Of a stretch of 64,000 nt of DNA, positions 50,668 through 60,976 are shown piece after piece; the first letter of the stretch is position 1, and the number at the start of each line of letters is the position of its first letter. The position numbers and the translations under genes were made by a program. The notes under the pieces are model-generated. The model had not been told where the DNA came from and did no database searches. It was given only the letters and a program-made list of their open reading frames with translations. The DNA comes from Felis catus. Taxonomy: Eukaryota. The DNA lies in the NCBI RefSeq assembly GCF_018350175.1, contig NC_058368.1:17610001-17674000 (forward strand), in the 5' to 3' direction.

Positions 50668-50907
50668 TGCTCTCATTTACGTCAACTGCATATGCCTCCA
50701 CCACCTTCCTTCCAATTTATCTCCTCGTATTTTTCCCTTTGTTCACACTGCTTTGGCCGTATGGCCAGCTTGCTGTTCCTCAGACAAGCCCAGGAATACA
50801 TGCAGTTCTCTGTGCATGGGATGTTCTCTCTCCAGATATCCTCAACGTTTCCTTACTTCACCCAGCAGGTCTCCCCTCAGATGTCACTCCCTCCGTTTAA
50901 AATATAG

Positions 50908-51181
50908 TATATTAGTAGAAGGTCTGAGGTAGAGTGAAGCCAACAGACCAAGAGACAACTGCCACTGAAAGGACAGTTTGCAGGACGCCTGGGTGCATCA
51001 GTCGGTTGGACGTTTTACTTTTGCTCAGGTCAGGATCTCACAGTCCGTGGGTTCGAGCCCCATGTTGGGATCTGTGCTGACAGTTCAGAGCCTGGAGCCT
51101 GCTTCAGATTCTGGGTCTCCCCCCTCTCTGCCCTTCCCCTGCTCATGCTCTGTCTCTGTCTCTCAATAATAAATAAATGTT

Positions 51182-51224
<43 letters not shown>

Positions 51225-51670
51225 AGACAGTTTGCTGCTCACAGTCTCCAAGAGGAGGCAGGGTGCCAAATCACGTGGGGCCACAAGGGCCACACCAGAC
51301 TCGGTCCTGGTGTGGGGGTCCCCAGGGTGGGGAGGTGGGGCGCGCAGCGGGCAAGAGCCTGTAGCAGCCTGAGGATTGGCTAGTTTGAATGATTTCAGGG
51401 GACTGTGCAGCCAAGGGTCTGTCCCTGGTCTTCTGATATCCGTCCCTGGGGTGGTTAGAGCAGGTGGTGAGTGGCCCAGAGTGTGAGAGCCAACACAGGA
51501 AGTGGCTGAGGTGTGGGTTCTGATTGGTTGGTTTAAGTTTGGAAAACGTGTTCATTGGAGAGCTGTTTACTATCCATAAGAATTGGCTGACCCTGGAAGG
51601 GGCGGCCACTACAGGGTCAGGAAGACCCCAGATGTCAAAGATACAGAAAATAAAAGAAATGGTTGATATA
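50908..51670 (-). mobile_element. ERVL-class LTR, MER74-like, interrupted by a SINE
   Basis: Minus strand begins tatatcaaccatttcttttattttctgtatctttgacatctgggg..ctgaccctg, resembling recalled MER74. Confidence 0.6.
50980..51222 (+). mobile_element. CanSINE with (GAAA)n tail
   Basis: TSD GACAGTTTGC. Confidence 0.93.
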
Positions 51671-52680
51671 ATCCTCAGAGAGGCCATCCCAAGAAAGCAC
51701 CTCGCTGCCTACCGTCTGTCTCCGTTCTCTTCTCCTCTGTCTTCACGGCACTTCATAGGACGTACCCGAGAGATAGTTGTCCCTCTTCCCCATGCTAGAA
51801 TACAAACTCCATCAGAACTTATATGTCATAAGGATACTGTCGTATTTCCGGTACATGAAAGGTGCTGAGATCTATTCTGTACCCACAGTACATGCTCAAC
51901 AAATACTTTTTGAATAAGTGCGTCAATATTATACAAATGGATACATGTGGCTAGTTGGGGATGGAATTTTCAGTGACAGCTTCAGCATCACCAATAGTTA
52001 CATGGACATAAAGAAAACGTGTTTGATGATTGTAAAATGGCTCAAATAATGACAGCATATGTAAAAAAGTATACTTAAACCATGAAGATAAATTTTTTCA
52101 GGAAATATGAGAATGGAAAAGTAGTATTTCTAAACAAAATTATGATATATATTATTATATATAACAATTATATATAATTGTTTGTGTTTATTAATACCTA
52201 TTAATTAAGCATTATTAAATATGTAATTGATATGCGTGTAACTAAATTAACACATTAAAATTTGCAAGTTGAAATTTAACAACTTCATCTACATTCCCTA
52301 AAAATGTATATATTGAAGTTGGTCAAAATTATCTTTGGGAGAATTACCTTACATCAGAGATTGCTTTATATTCAGACATATAAAGTACTCTTTGAGTCTA
52401 CTTAATTCAGGATTCTGTTCATGTCAAGGCATTATTTTGAAAAAAAATATTTGCTAGACAGACATTAAAAAGCTAAGAAGAGAAGAAATACTTTCCAGAG
52501 TAAATGAATGTCAGCCATGTAAACACAATAGGTATCTAACTAAGCCATATCTCCTTTTCCGTTATCACCCAGACAAGGAAAAGATCAGTTCCCTTTAAGC
52601 AAGGAAGACACAGTGGAAGGCGGCAGAAGCATACCTCACTAGAGGAATGAACAGAAGCTGCTGAGAAGGGAATTAGCTCC

Positions 52681-52868
52681 GGGCTCCCGGGTGGCTCAGT
52701 CGGTTAAGAATTGATTGGACCCTTGGTTTCAGCTCAGGTCATGATCTCACGGTTTCTGAGTTCAAGCCCCAAGTCAGGCTCTGCACTTTCAGCGAGGAAC
52801 CTGCTTGGGATTCTCTCTTTCTCCTCTCTCTCTCAAAATAAATAAATAAACGTAAAAAGAAAAGAAGA
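52681..52868 (+). mobile_element. CanSINE (older)
   Basis: Degenerate TSD AATTAGCTCC/AATTAACTTCC. Confidence 0.88.
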
Positions 52869-53119
52869 AAATTAACTTCCCTTCACTAACAACTCTGCAA
52901 GTGATTAAAGGCTTTGTCCTGAAAGGCCTTAGAAGGAAAAATAAGAAACCAGAATTTTGAGACTTAGTGAAACCTGAAAGAATGAGGCGCCATTGGGAAA
53001 ACTGAGGAAAAGAGAAAGGTTCGGGAGGTGGGGTGTGTGAGATCTGGTTTATATATTTTGAGTTGGAAGTCACAGCACAACATCTAAGAGGTCCCAAGAA
53101 AGAAGTGAGTTGAGCTAAA

Positions 53120-53270
53120 CCTGAGGTTCTCAGTCATGAGTGCAAATTAGAATCACCTGCAGAACTTCTAGTGCTAGGGCTCTATTCTTCTCAGAAATTA
53201 AAAAGAAAAGAAAAGAAATTTTGATTCAGTTGGTCTAAGGAGAGGCCAGGGCATTCTTTTAAGGGGCCCA
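53120..53270. mobile_element. MER5-like hAT MITE
   Basis: ggttctcag...tgcaaattagaatcacctg...gattcagttggtct. Confidence 0.6.
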
Positions 53271-53349
53271 GCTTAAAGTTGCAAATTTCCTGGATGGAGA
53301 CAGAGGTCATTTTCAGGCTATTTAGGTGGAATATTCTTCCCTAGCTTGA

Positions 53350-53520
53350 GGCACTGTGGTTGATTGAAAAGAACAATGACAGACTCAGACCTGGGTTTAC
53401 ATCTCCCGCTGTGCTAATTCCCGGGTGTCGGAACCTTCAGCAAGGTAGAGACTCTTTTACCTTTTTCATATATTATAGACAGCATCATCTGTCTGTAAGA
53501 CTCGTGAAAAGATAGAAGTC
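53350..53520 (+). mobile_element. MIR fragment
   Basis: cagacctgggtttacatctcccgctgtgc. Confidence 0.5.
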
Positions 53521-53886
53521 TGCTGACTTACTGCACTTATTCAAAAGGGAGACTTTTATTCTGTTCTCCCTTCCTTCTCTTTTTGTATCGAAGTCTTGAA
53601 AATGATATTTTTAAAGCCATTTGCATAGTTGCTGATTTGTACCATGGACTTTACTTTCAAAACATTTACTGACTAGGTATGTATGTTCTTTGCTGATCAA
53701 GTTGCATATTCTCTCTAGCGGGTGCTGAAGAGGCAGTAACAGACACTGCTGATCAATAGAGCCTTGTGATAGATGGTATACATTTAACCTTCTAAGATGA
53801 TGTACAAGTAATTGCTTGCACAAAACAGTGCAAAATGTTTTATGACCATGCATACAAATCCAGATGGACCATAGAACTTATTTTTT

Positions 53887-54118
53887 ATTTATTTTTATTT
53901 ATTTATTTTTTTTTTTCAACGTTTATTTATTTTTTGGGACAGAGAGACAGAGCATGAACGGGGGAGGGGCAGAGAGAGAGGGAGACACAGAATCGGAAAC
54001 AGGCTCCAGGCTCTGAGCCATCAGCTCAGAGCCCGACGCGGGGCTCGAACTCACAGACCGCGAGATCGTGACCTGGCTGAAGTCGGTCGCTCAACCGACT
54101 GCGCCACCCAGGCGCCCC
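53887..54118 (-). mobile_element. Young SINEC_Fc
   Basis: TSD TAGAACTTATTTTTT at 53872-53886 and 54119-54133. Confidence 0.95.
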
Positions 54119-54678
54119 TAGAACTTATTTTTTAAATGTGCATGTATAATACAAACTTGTGTTAAACATGCAGCACATACATATCTCTGTGGTCTTCATC
54201 TGTATCTATGAAGACTCATGTGTCCTTGGTGTCCTTAACAAATATTCATTTCCTTTTCTACATCATGGAACTCAAAATCTTTCATCTTCCAAGTTATGCA
54301 GACTCTTTGAGAGAAAAAATAATGTCTGAACCAAGAAATGGAACTTGAGTCTTAGTAATAATGGTATTAATAATAAAACACCCAATGAACTGAGCCAGCC
54401 ACAAAAATCTAGAGAGAACTTTAAGATAATTTGTGCTAACGGTGTAGCTCCGTAGCCCGCAAAGCTAGCTGAATTCGACATTTAATCTGCATGTTCTCAT
54501 TTGGAAATGTTTCTATTGACATTGCTCCCTTGGTAAATACCCATTTTCTCTCAATAGTTACAATTTATCAACTACAGCACCAGGAAAGAGAGCCAAACAC
54601 ATGTGGCCATCAAAAGTGCCTTCTCACTGTTACTCATCTTTATGTAATCTACAAAATTATATGATACCATCCAGTAAT

Positions 54679-55031
54679 TGCTAGGGTCTGAATGTTTGTG
54701 TCTTCCCAAAATTCCTATGTTGCAATCCTAATGCACACTATGATGGTATTGGGAGGTGTTAGGTCATAAAGGTGGAGCCCTCATGAATAGGATTAGTGCC
54801 CTTATAAAAGAGACTCCACGGAGCTCTGACACTCTTTCTACCATGTGAAGACACAGCAAGAAGACGGCCATTTATTTATGAACCGGGAAGCAGGCCCTCA
54901 CCAGACATACACCAGACCATGCAGGCACACTAGCTTCAGACTTCCCGCCTCCAGAACTGCGAGCAATAAATTTATTTAGAAGCTGCCTGGTCTGTAGTAT
55001 TTTGTCATAGCAACCCAAACAGACTGAGACA
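54679..55031 (+). mobile_element. MST/MLT1A (MaLR) solo LTR
   Basis: tgctagggtctgaatgtttgtgtc...gagccctcatgaataggattagtgcccttataaaag...cagactgagaca. Confidence 0.88.
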
Positions 55032-55174
55032 TAATAGTCATCATCATTATTATTGTGCTTTTTAAACTTGCCCTCCAGCTCATCATCTCCCTTTTTTCCC
55101 CCACTGCCTTGAGTTCCAAAGTAGCTGAACTGGAGACAAAGATTCACATAAAATTGATTTACTGAGAGAATGCG

Positions 55175-55690
55175 TATTGGGAGGGACTTCTTGGTTCTCT
55201 CATGTTTCTGTTTGTTTTATCAGCACAGGCATTGTTTGGCTTTGTTCTGAACTATTTTTTCAAGGTTATTTATGTAAGAAAGAGCCTTAGAAACTAGAGA
55301 TAATGCCTCCTTCCACAACAAAAGATCAGTTTGTTTATTGTATATCAGAATAAAGGTAACATTTGCTCCCAGGACAAAGGTCAGATAACCTTTACTTGTT
55401 TGGCAGCATAAAAGATTGAAGTTCCTTAAGCTCAAGGTTTCTCTCCTGTAATGCACCCTACTGTGTGAGCAAGTGTCACCGGCTTTCTAAGCATCACCCT
55501 GTGGGAATTAGGGTGTAGGGACCCAATGTCAACATGGAGATACTCTGGCTACTGCCATTGCTATGTGTCACAAGCTGTCCCTTTGTCTCTGGCTCAACAG
55601 TCTCCTATCGTCCAGCGTCCGTGAACTGTAGCAGGTGGCCTATGTAGCTTGCAAGGAGGATAAAATCTCGGACCTTCACAGTTCTTGATA
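55175..55690 (+). mobile_element. 5' LTR, LTR40-like
   Basis: tattgggag...tctctcatgtttctg...ctttgttctgaactat...gatactctggctactgccattgc...aaaatctcggaccttcacagttcttgata closely follows recalled LTR40a. Confidence 0.8.
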
Positions 55691-55694
55691 GTTT

Positions 55695-55712
55695 TAGCAA
55701 TAAGGATGGGGT
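55695..55712 (+). other. Degenerate primer-binding site, tRNA-Ser(GCT) type
   Basis: TAGCAATAAGGATGGGGT vs TGGCGACGAGGATGGGAT: 13/18, all mismatches transitions; 4 nt after LTR end. Confidence 0.65.
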
Positions 55713-57859
55713 GCTGTTAGGGACACGATTTCTGAAAAAGGTAGAACAAGAATTTCTTGAATCAGTTAACAAAATTTGCAAGAAGTCCATGGGAACCTAG
55801 AGAGAATATTTTAGCTCAATTGTATACTCAACCAGGCAGTAAGTGGTCTCCAGCTTTATTGCCTGTCAATGAGCATGAATTGGGAAGGTGGTTGCAGGTG
55901 AACCATTGGGAAGTAGTTCCAACACAGCTGTCAGATTGTTGCAAAGTCTCCCAGTGGAGGCGGTGGAGGGGCACGGTAACAGCCAGTATAATGGTGAGCG
56001 CCAGAAGTTTCTACACTCTGCAGACAACAGTTACAAAGATGCACACGCTGAGTGTGAAAGGAGAAAAATTTACAACCACTAAAAGCAGAAACCAAGTGAG
56101 TTGTTACAACCTGGGCCGCTAAACTTGCAATATGAGAATGGGCCATCTTGTGGCTCAGCCCTTCCTGCTGTTGGTGCCAACATTAGAGCTCTTCAGAGAT
56201 GAGAGATAAGAAGTCATAGAGCCTTTTGCAGTGGGTCTTGGCTCTGATAAGGGGACACTGACCCTCTTGGGAAGATTTCTCTGATTAAAACAAAAACAAC
56301 TCTCACAGAAAACTGTAGACCCGTGTCCACTAGTAATGGAGCTCCTGGGCTGTTGATGCATGTAACTCTCTAGCGTAGGAGAAACTGACATAAAGAATTC
56401 TGGATACATTTTGCTATCAGCCCCCATTCCAGGAAACTGCCTTAGCCTTATGTTAAAAGCAAGTGAAAAAGTAAGAGATGTTACAGGAGTACAGGCAGTA
56501 AATGCCTTGGATTAAGGTCAAGTCCTTTAAAAAGTTGCCACTGCATGAGTCAAGCCTAAATCAGCAAACAGGATGTGAATTCTGCAGCCTCAACTGGGAA
56601 TAAAACATGGCTGCAGCTGCTAAACCCAGGAGCCCTCATAGCCAAAATAGATGGCATCGGTAGTGATGAACTGGCTGACTGATATAAGGCTTTGTGGTGG
56701 ATGAAACACATTGGGGACTCATCTGGTTGCGACTTGTTCATCCCCTGTGCTGGCTGAAACCAAAAGTGAACCCACCTTGCTTCCTGGCACACAGCGGCTC
56801 ACTCCTGTCACGCCCAGAGCCCATCCGTCCCTGTATCCCAACCTCAGCTGCTCTAAGGATGTCTTAAGGTGACCAAAGGCCATATGCACATGTATGACTA
56901 CATAAGGAATGTCAGGGAGGAGGAGGTTTGGAAATTTTATGGCTCTGGAGGATGCAAGCACTTGTCACCATCCTACTCAATCTCTTGATGAGGGGGGACA
57001 CCTGGATTCAGCTAATGAATGGGGTTTGGGCAGAGTTCACAATGGGGAGCCTTGCAGGAAGAGTCCTTTGGGCTGATTCACTGCACTGTTGTTATGGCTG
57101 AATGTCTAGTCGTCACTGGTGACTGTCATACTTGTCCTGTGAATGCTCACAAGTACCAGAGCAGATTCTCTTGATTGAGGAGCTGCATACAGAGATGTTC
57201 TAGTGCCTTTGGGATTTCACAGCTTTAGTGACTCCTTTGAGCTACAAATCTTTGCAACGAGTGGTTTTTTGATGATCTGAGTCTCTGGCAAAGGAAGGTA
57301 GTCTCCACTTGGAGATGCCCGGTAGGGTTTTGGACTTGGTACCTCTCTGATATAACTGCTAGGGGCACCCCTTGTGAATAGCTATCAGCTTGCCATTGGG
57401 ATCTCGTCAAAACTGTGTGCCTAACCCCTGGAAGTCTTGTGATTCTCAGTCTGATGTCCTTATTTTGGAGCTCGATGACTGGCCAGGTGGGAAGGGTTCA
57501 ACCTGTCTTACTTTCAAATGAAAATGAAGAGTGAAGCCAGCTTGAGCCAGGCAGTCCCTCAAAGTAAGGAGTTGGCTCAATTATTCTAACTGAACTAGGA
57601 ACCCTAAGGGCTACCAGCCTGCCAGGCGGCCACCTTGGAGACACTGTCAACAGCAATCTAAACGATGCTTCTTTTTCCAGGGGTGCTATCTGTGCCTGCA
57701 GGACCATACTTACACGGAAGACAAACATGAACTTCCCTCCCTCCCAAAAAACATGGCATTTAAGAGCTCTTAAGTGTTGAAGGGAACGTCACAAATTTAC
57801 ATACAGCCCTCAGAAAACTAAAGAGATCTTTCTAAAATGAGACTACCCTTTGTTACTGG

Positions 57860-58295
57860 GGGGAGAGGGCTTTTCGGAGGGAAGACTGAGTCATTATTTA
57901 TGTGTACACTGAGGGAGTTATCCCTGCAATCAGAGCCCTTCTCTTAGAAAAAGCAGAAGAGGGGCCCCTGGGTGGCTGTGGCTGGTTGGTTAAGCATCCG
58001 GGTCTTGATTTCGGCTCAGGTCATGCATGATCTCACGAACCGTGAGATCGAGCCCTGCATCGGGCTCTGCGCTGACAGCCCGGAGCCTGCTTGGGACTCT
58101 CTCTCTCCCTCTCTCTGTGCCCCTCCCCTGGTCTAGCTCTTATGTGCGTTCTTTCTCTCTCAAAATGAAATAACTAAAAAAAAAAAAAAGAGGTAATAGA
58201 ATTGTCCTAGACTTCCTCCTGTAGGCCAAGGCAGGGTCCATGCAACTGCTAATATATGCTGTGTATCTGAATTAATGCCTCAGGCAAAGTAGAGG
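57860..58295 (+). pseudogene. Retroviral env (TM subunit) remnant
   Basis: With frameshifts: GKTESLFMCTLR..VIPAIRALLLEKA [SINE] NRIVLDFLL / VGQGRVHATANICC / INASGKVE, matching immunosuppressive domain plus CX6CC-like region. Confidence 0.7.
57961..58190 (+). mobile_element. CanSINE inside env remnant
   Basis: Full body, A-tail. Confidence 0.93.
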
Positions 58296-58575
58296 GGTCA
58301 CTGTGGAAATGAAGGAGCCAGCTCCTGACTTTGTAAGGGAGATGCCCATAGTTCATGAGATGTATTCAGCTGATTGAGTCTTAAACTTGGGGTGCAGTTG
58401 AGATCAATACTGCAGGTGCCTTATCCTGGAGTAGTATTAGCCTTGTCCCATACGAAGCCAGTTGAACAGTCTGGTTGCCACCTCTGTAAGTCAGGCTAAT
58501 CAAAGTCATTGACAGAGTGGCATAATCTTAGGTAATTGTTTTCAGACACCAAGAAGATATAGAAATGAGAGTAGA

Positions 58576-59004
58576 TGTTGCTGAGTGACGATGTCCTCAG
58601 GACTCTCGGGTTTCCGTACCTTCTGGGATCAGAGGAATTGGCCTCTTGTGTTCTGGACTACCTTTTCTAGGGTGTTTGTGAGGTGATCAGCTTAGATAGA
58701 GATAATAAAGCCTGCGCACAAAGGGCGGGTTTGCTCATTTCCTGCTCTAAAAGGTTCAAGATCCCTAAACTCCGGAAGTTTCTCCTGTGATGAGACTCCA
58801 TGTCAAGTCGTCATCTGGTCCTCTGGGAACAGGGACTGGGGAACCAGTGCCACAGAGATGACTCTGGCTGCTACCTTGCCACATGTGAGAAACTGCCCCT
58901 TGTCTCTGACACTGGCACGCTTTCTTCCTCCAGGATCCATGCAACTGTGGCAGGCTACCTTGTTAACTCTGGCACATCTCCAGCCCTCCACCGCTGTTCT
59001 TACA
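58576..59004 (+). mobile_element. 3' LTR, LTR40-like
   Basis: tgttg...tgttctggactaccttttc...actctggctgctacc...tccatgcaactgtggcaggct...gttcttaca is colinear with the 5' LTR. Confidence 0.75.
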
Positions 59005-59340
59005 GTGCTCTCTGGAGCAGCCTGCCAGGGAGGGCAGCCCAGGGGGGAAGAGGGACTAGCTAAGCGTGCAGTGGCTTCAAATGAAGTCAGTGCCTACCTG
59101 CATCTAATGGGGCAACACTGAAGTTTAAGTTAAACCCCAAGCCTATCCCACTAGAGATGAGAGAGGGTGTTTGTAGCCCTCCAACCCGAGTCTGTCATTG
59201 GCTCTGGGCACCTTGGGGTAATAGAGCGGGAGGGCATCTCATCCAGACATCTCCTAACAAGGAAGCTCTGAACACACAAGAACCATCCTCCAGAGATGAC
59301 TGAAGTCTGGATTAGCAGCCACACCCGCTGCATGTGCTGT
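59005..59340 (-). mobile_element. Old ERVL LTR (LTR16/33-like) hosting the provirus; left part about 55105-55174
   Basis: gagacaaagattcac..gatttactgagagaatgc | gtgctctctggag...tctgtcattggctctggg is continuous across the provirus. Confidence 0.5.
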
Positions 59341-59692
59341 ACCCACGTCCGTTAAATGCTTCCAGTATGGATAGGACTGTCCTCTGGAGGCTGTAGGTCA
59401 AACCAAAGCTGTGCCACGGGAGAAAGCAATTTTGGATTAGCATGATGGCCTGAGACAAGACCAAGGCAGGGAGAAGCAGTTGCTGGCCCCAGAAGCTGGC
59501 CGGCAGCTTGCACAAAGACAGTCGTGTTGGCAAAAGGGGAAAACTGGACAAATTTGAAGATCTGTTTCCTGGCCTGTACTTCGTTATCTTCCTTTTTTCA
59601 CTCTTTAGAACGTAGTCCTTGCAAACCATCAAGGGGAAAATGTCACCTTTCTAGACATTTGGGAAAAGGCCAAGAAATAAATTTAAATTAAA

Positions 59693-59716
59693 AAAATTTT
59701 TTTTGTATTTATTCAT

Positions 59717-59762
<46 letters not shown>

Positions 59763-59915
59763 AGAGAGGGAGGGGGAGAGAGAGAGAGAGAGAGAGAGTC
59801 CCAAGCAGGCTCTGTGCTGTCAGCGTGGAGCCTCAAGTGGGGCTTGATCTCACAAACCACGAGATCATGACCTGAGCCAAAATCAGGAGTCACCAACTGA
59901 GCCACCAGATACTCC
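59693..59915 (-). mobile_element. CanSINE with long (GA)n
   Basis: Body on minus. Confidence 0.92.
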
Positions 59916-60029
59916 CAACCAAAAAAAATTTTAACTACATCAAATACTAATGAATTGTTGGGGTGAACTGGAGTATCGCTTCTGCAGTGCTGTTTTGTTG
60001 TGCTAGATGGAAGTTTCGAAAGAAAAAAA

Positions 60030-60086
60030 AAGAAACACATAAAATAAAAGGAACAAATGGACACTCAGAGAAACAGGGTCTTTATT
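60030..60086 (-). terminator. Predicted polyadenylation signal
   Basis: Minus-strand AATAAA (60086-60081) followed about 20 nt later by GU/U-rich TGTCCATTTGTTCCTTTTATTTTATGTGTTTCTTTT. Confidence 0.6.
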
Positions 60087-60165
60087 TTTCTGGCTTCAGA
60101 GCTATTCTGGGCTACCACTCCCCAAAATTAATAAGTCATCCCCTAATATAAAAATAGCATCACCA

Positions 60166-60385
60166 GGGGCGCCTGGGTGGCTCAGTCGGTTAAGCATCCG
60201 ACTTCAGCTCAGGTCACGATCTCGCGGTCCGTGAGTTCGAGCCCCGCGTCGGGCTCTGGGCTGATGGCTCAGAGCCTGAAGCCTGTTTCCGATTCTGTGT
60301 CTCCCTCTCTCTCTGCCCCTCCCCCGTTCATGCTCTGTCTCTCTCTGTCCCAAAAATAAATAAAATGTTAAAAAAAAAATTAAAA
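60166..60385 (+). mobile_element. Young CanSINE, antisense in predicted 3'UTR
   Basis: TSD AAAAATAGCATCAC at 60150-60163 and 60386-60399. Confidence 0.95.
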
Positions 60386-60633
60386 AAAAATAGCATCACT
60401 GGATTACAGCAGCCACACACACCCAGTACTACATAGCTTTGTCCAAATAACTTTGGTCGAGCAGGAGGCTGCTCTTAGATCACACTGGTACCTCATAATT
60501 AATCTTCAGCAATTCCATGAAAGAAAAAGGGAAATATCCATTGCAAACGGCTCTCTTGCCGGTGCCTTCACAGTTGAACAGCTCAATAATGCTGAGAACC
60601 ACTCTGTACTTTTGGATCTGTTTTGATGAAACT

Positions 60634-60671
60634 TTATAATCTTTGGCCATATTGGTCGAGCAAAACACAAT
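60634..60671 (-). CDS. Coding part of terminal exon of an unidentified host gene: (D)CVLLDQYGQRL*
   Basis: Acceptor gtcttttctag|AT; phase matches the upstream exon; TAA at 60636-60634; poly(A) signal downstream. Confidence 0.62.
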
Positions 60672-60911
60672 CTAGAAAAGACTAGTTACTGTGGTTGAGA
60701 TGAAAAATGGTGTGGGCACTGAGAGCAACGTCCAGGAAACTCGCCCTTTGCCTTGTCAATCCTCAATCAGATTGGATGGGCATAATTGAGGGAAAGTCCA
60801 GAGGTACATCCTCAGTGAATTGTTCACACTTAAGAAGAACAGCCTGAGTTGCAGAACAGTCAGGGACATTCTCAGCAATGACAAAGCCTATGGTCTTGTT
60901 TATTGACTTAC

Positions 60912-60976
60912 CTCCTTTGCAAAGTCTGCTTGGGCATTTTTTATTAGTCTGCACTATTCTTCTTCCTTCATCATTT
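60912..60976 (-). CDS. Penultimate coding exon of the same gene: NDEGRRIVQTNKKCPSRLCKG
   Basis: Pyrimidine tract ccatctttcctcgtttctcccaag| and consensus donor GAG|GTAAGT; open frame; 240-nt intron to the next exon. Confidence 0.65.

Larger units (their letters stand above)
55691..58575 (+). mobile_element. Deleted, decayed ERV internal region (HERVL40-like, class III) with env remnant
   Basis: Between two related LTRs; PBS at start, purine tract AGAAATGAGAGTAGA at end, env TM motif at 58195-58295. Confidence 0.75.

Noticed and set aside
55757..56122. 121-aa ORF after the PBS, as an intact gag
   Set aside because: Position fits gag, but there is no ATG start and no diagnostic motif; at most a decayed remnant
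60480..60668. 62-aa ORF as an internal coding exon
   Set aside because: Its frame is incompatible with the phase of the upstream exon and its only donor (GTACCA) is weak; better read as terminal exon plus 3'UTR
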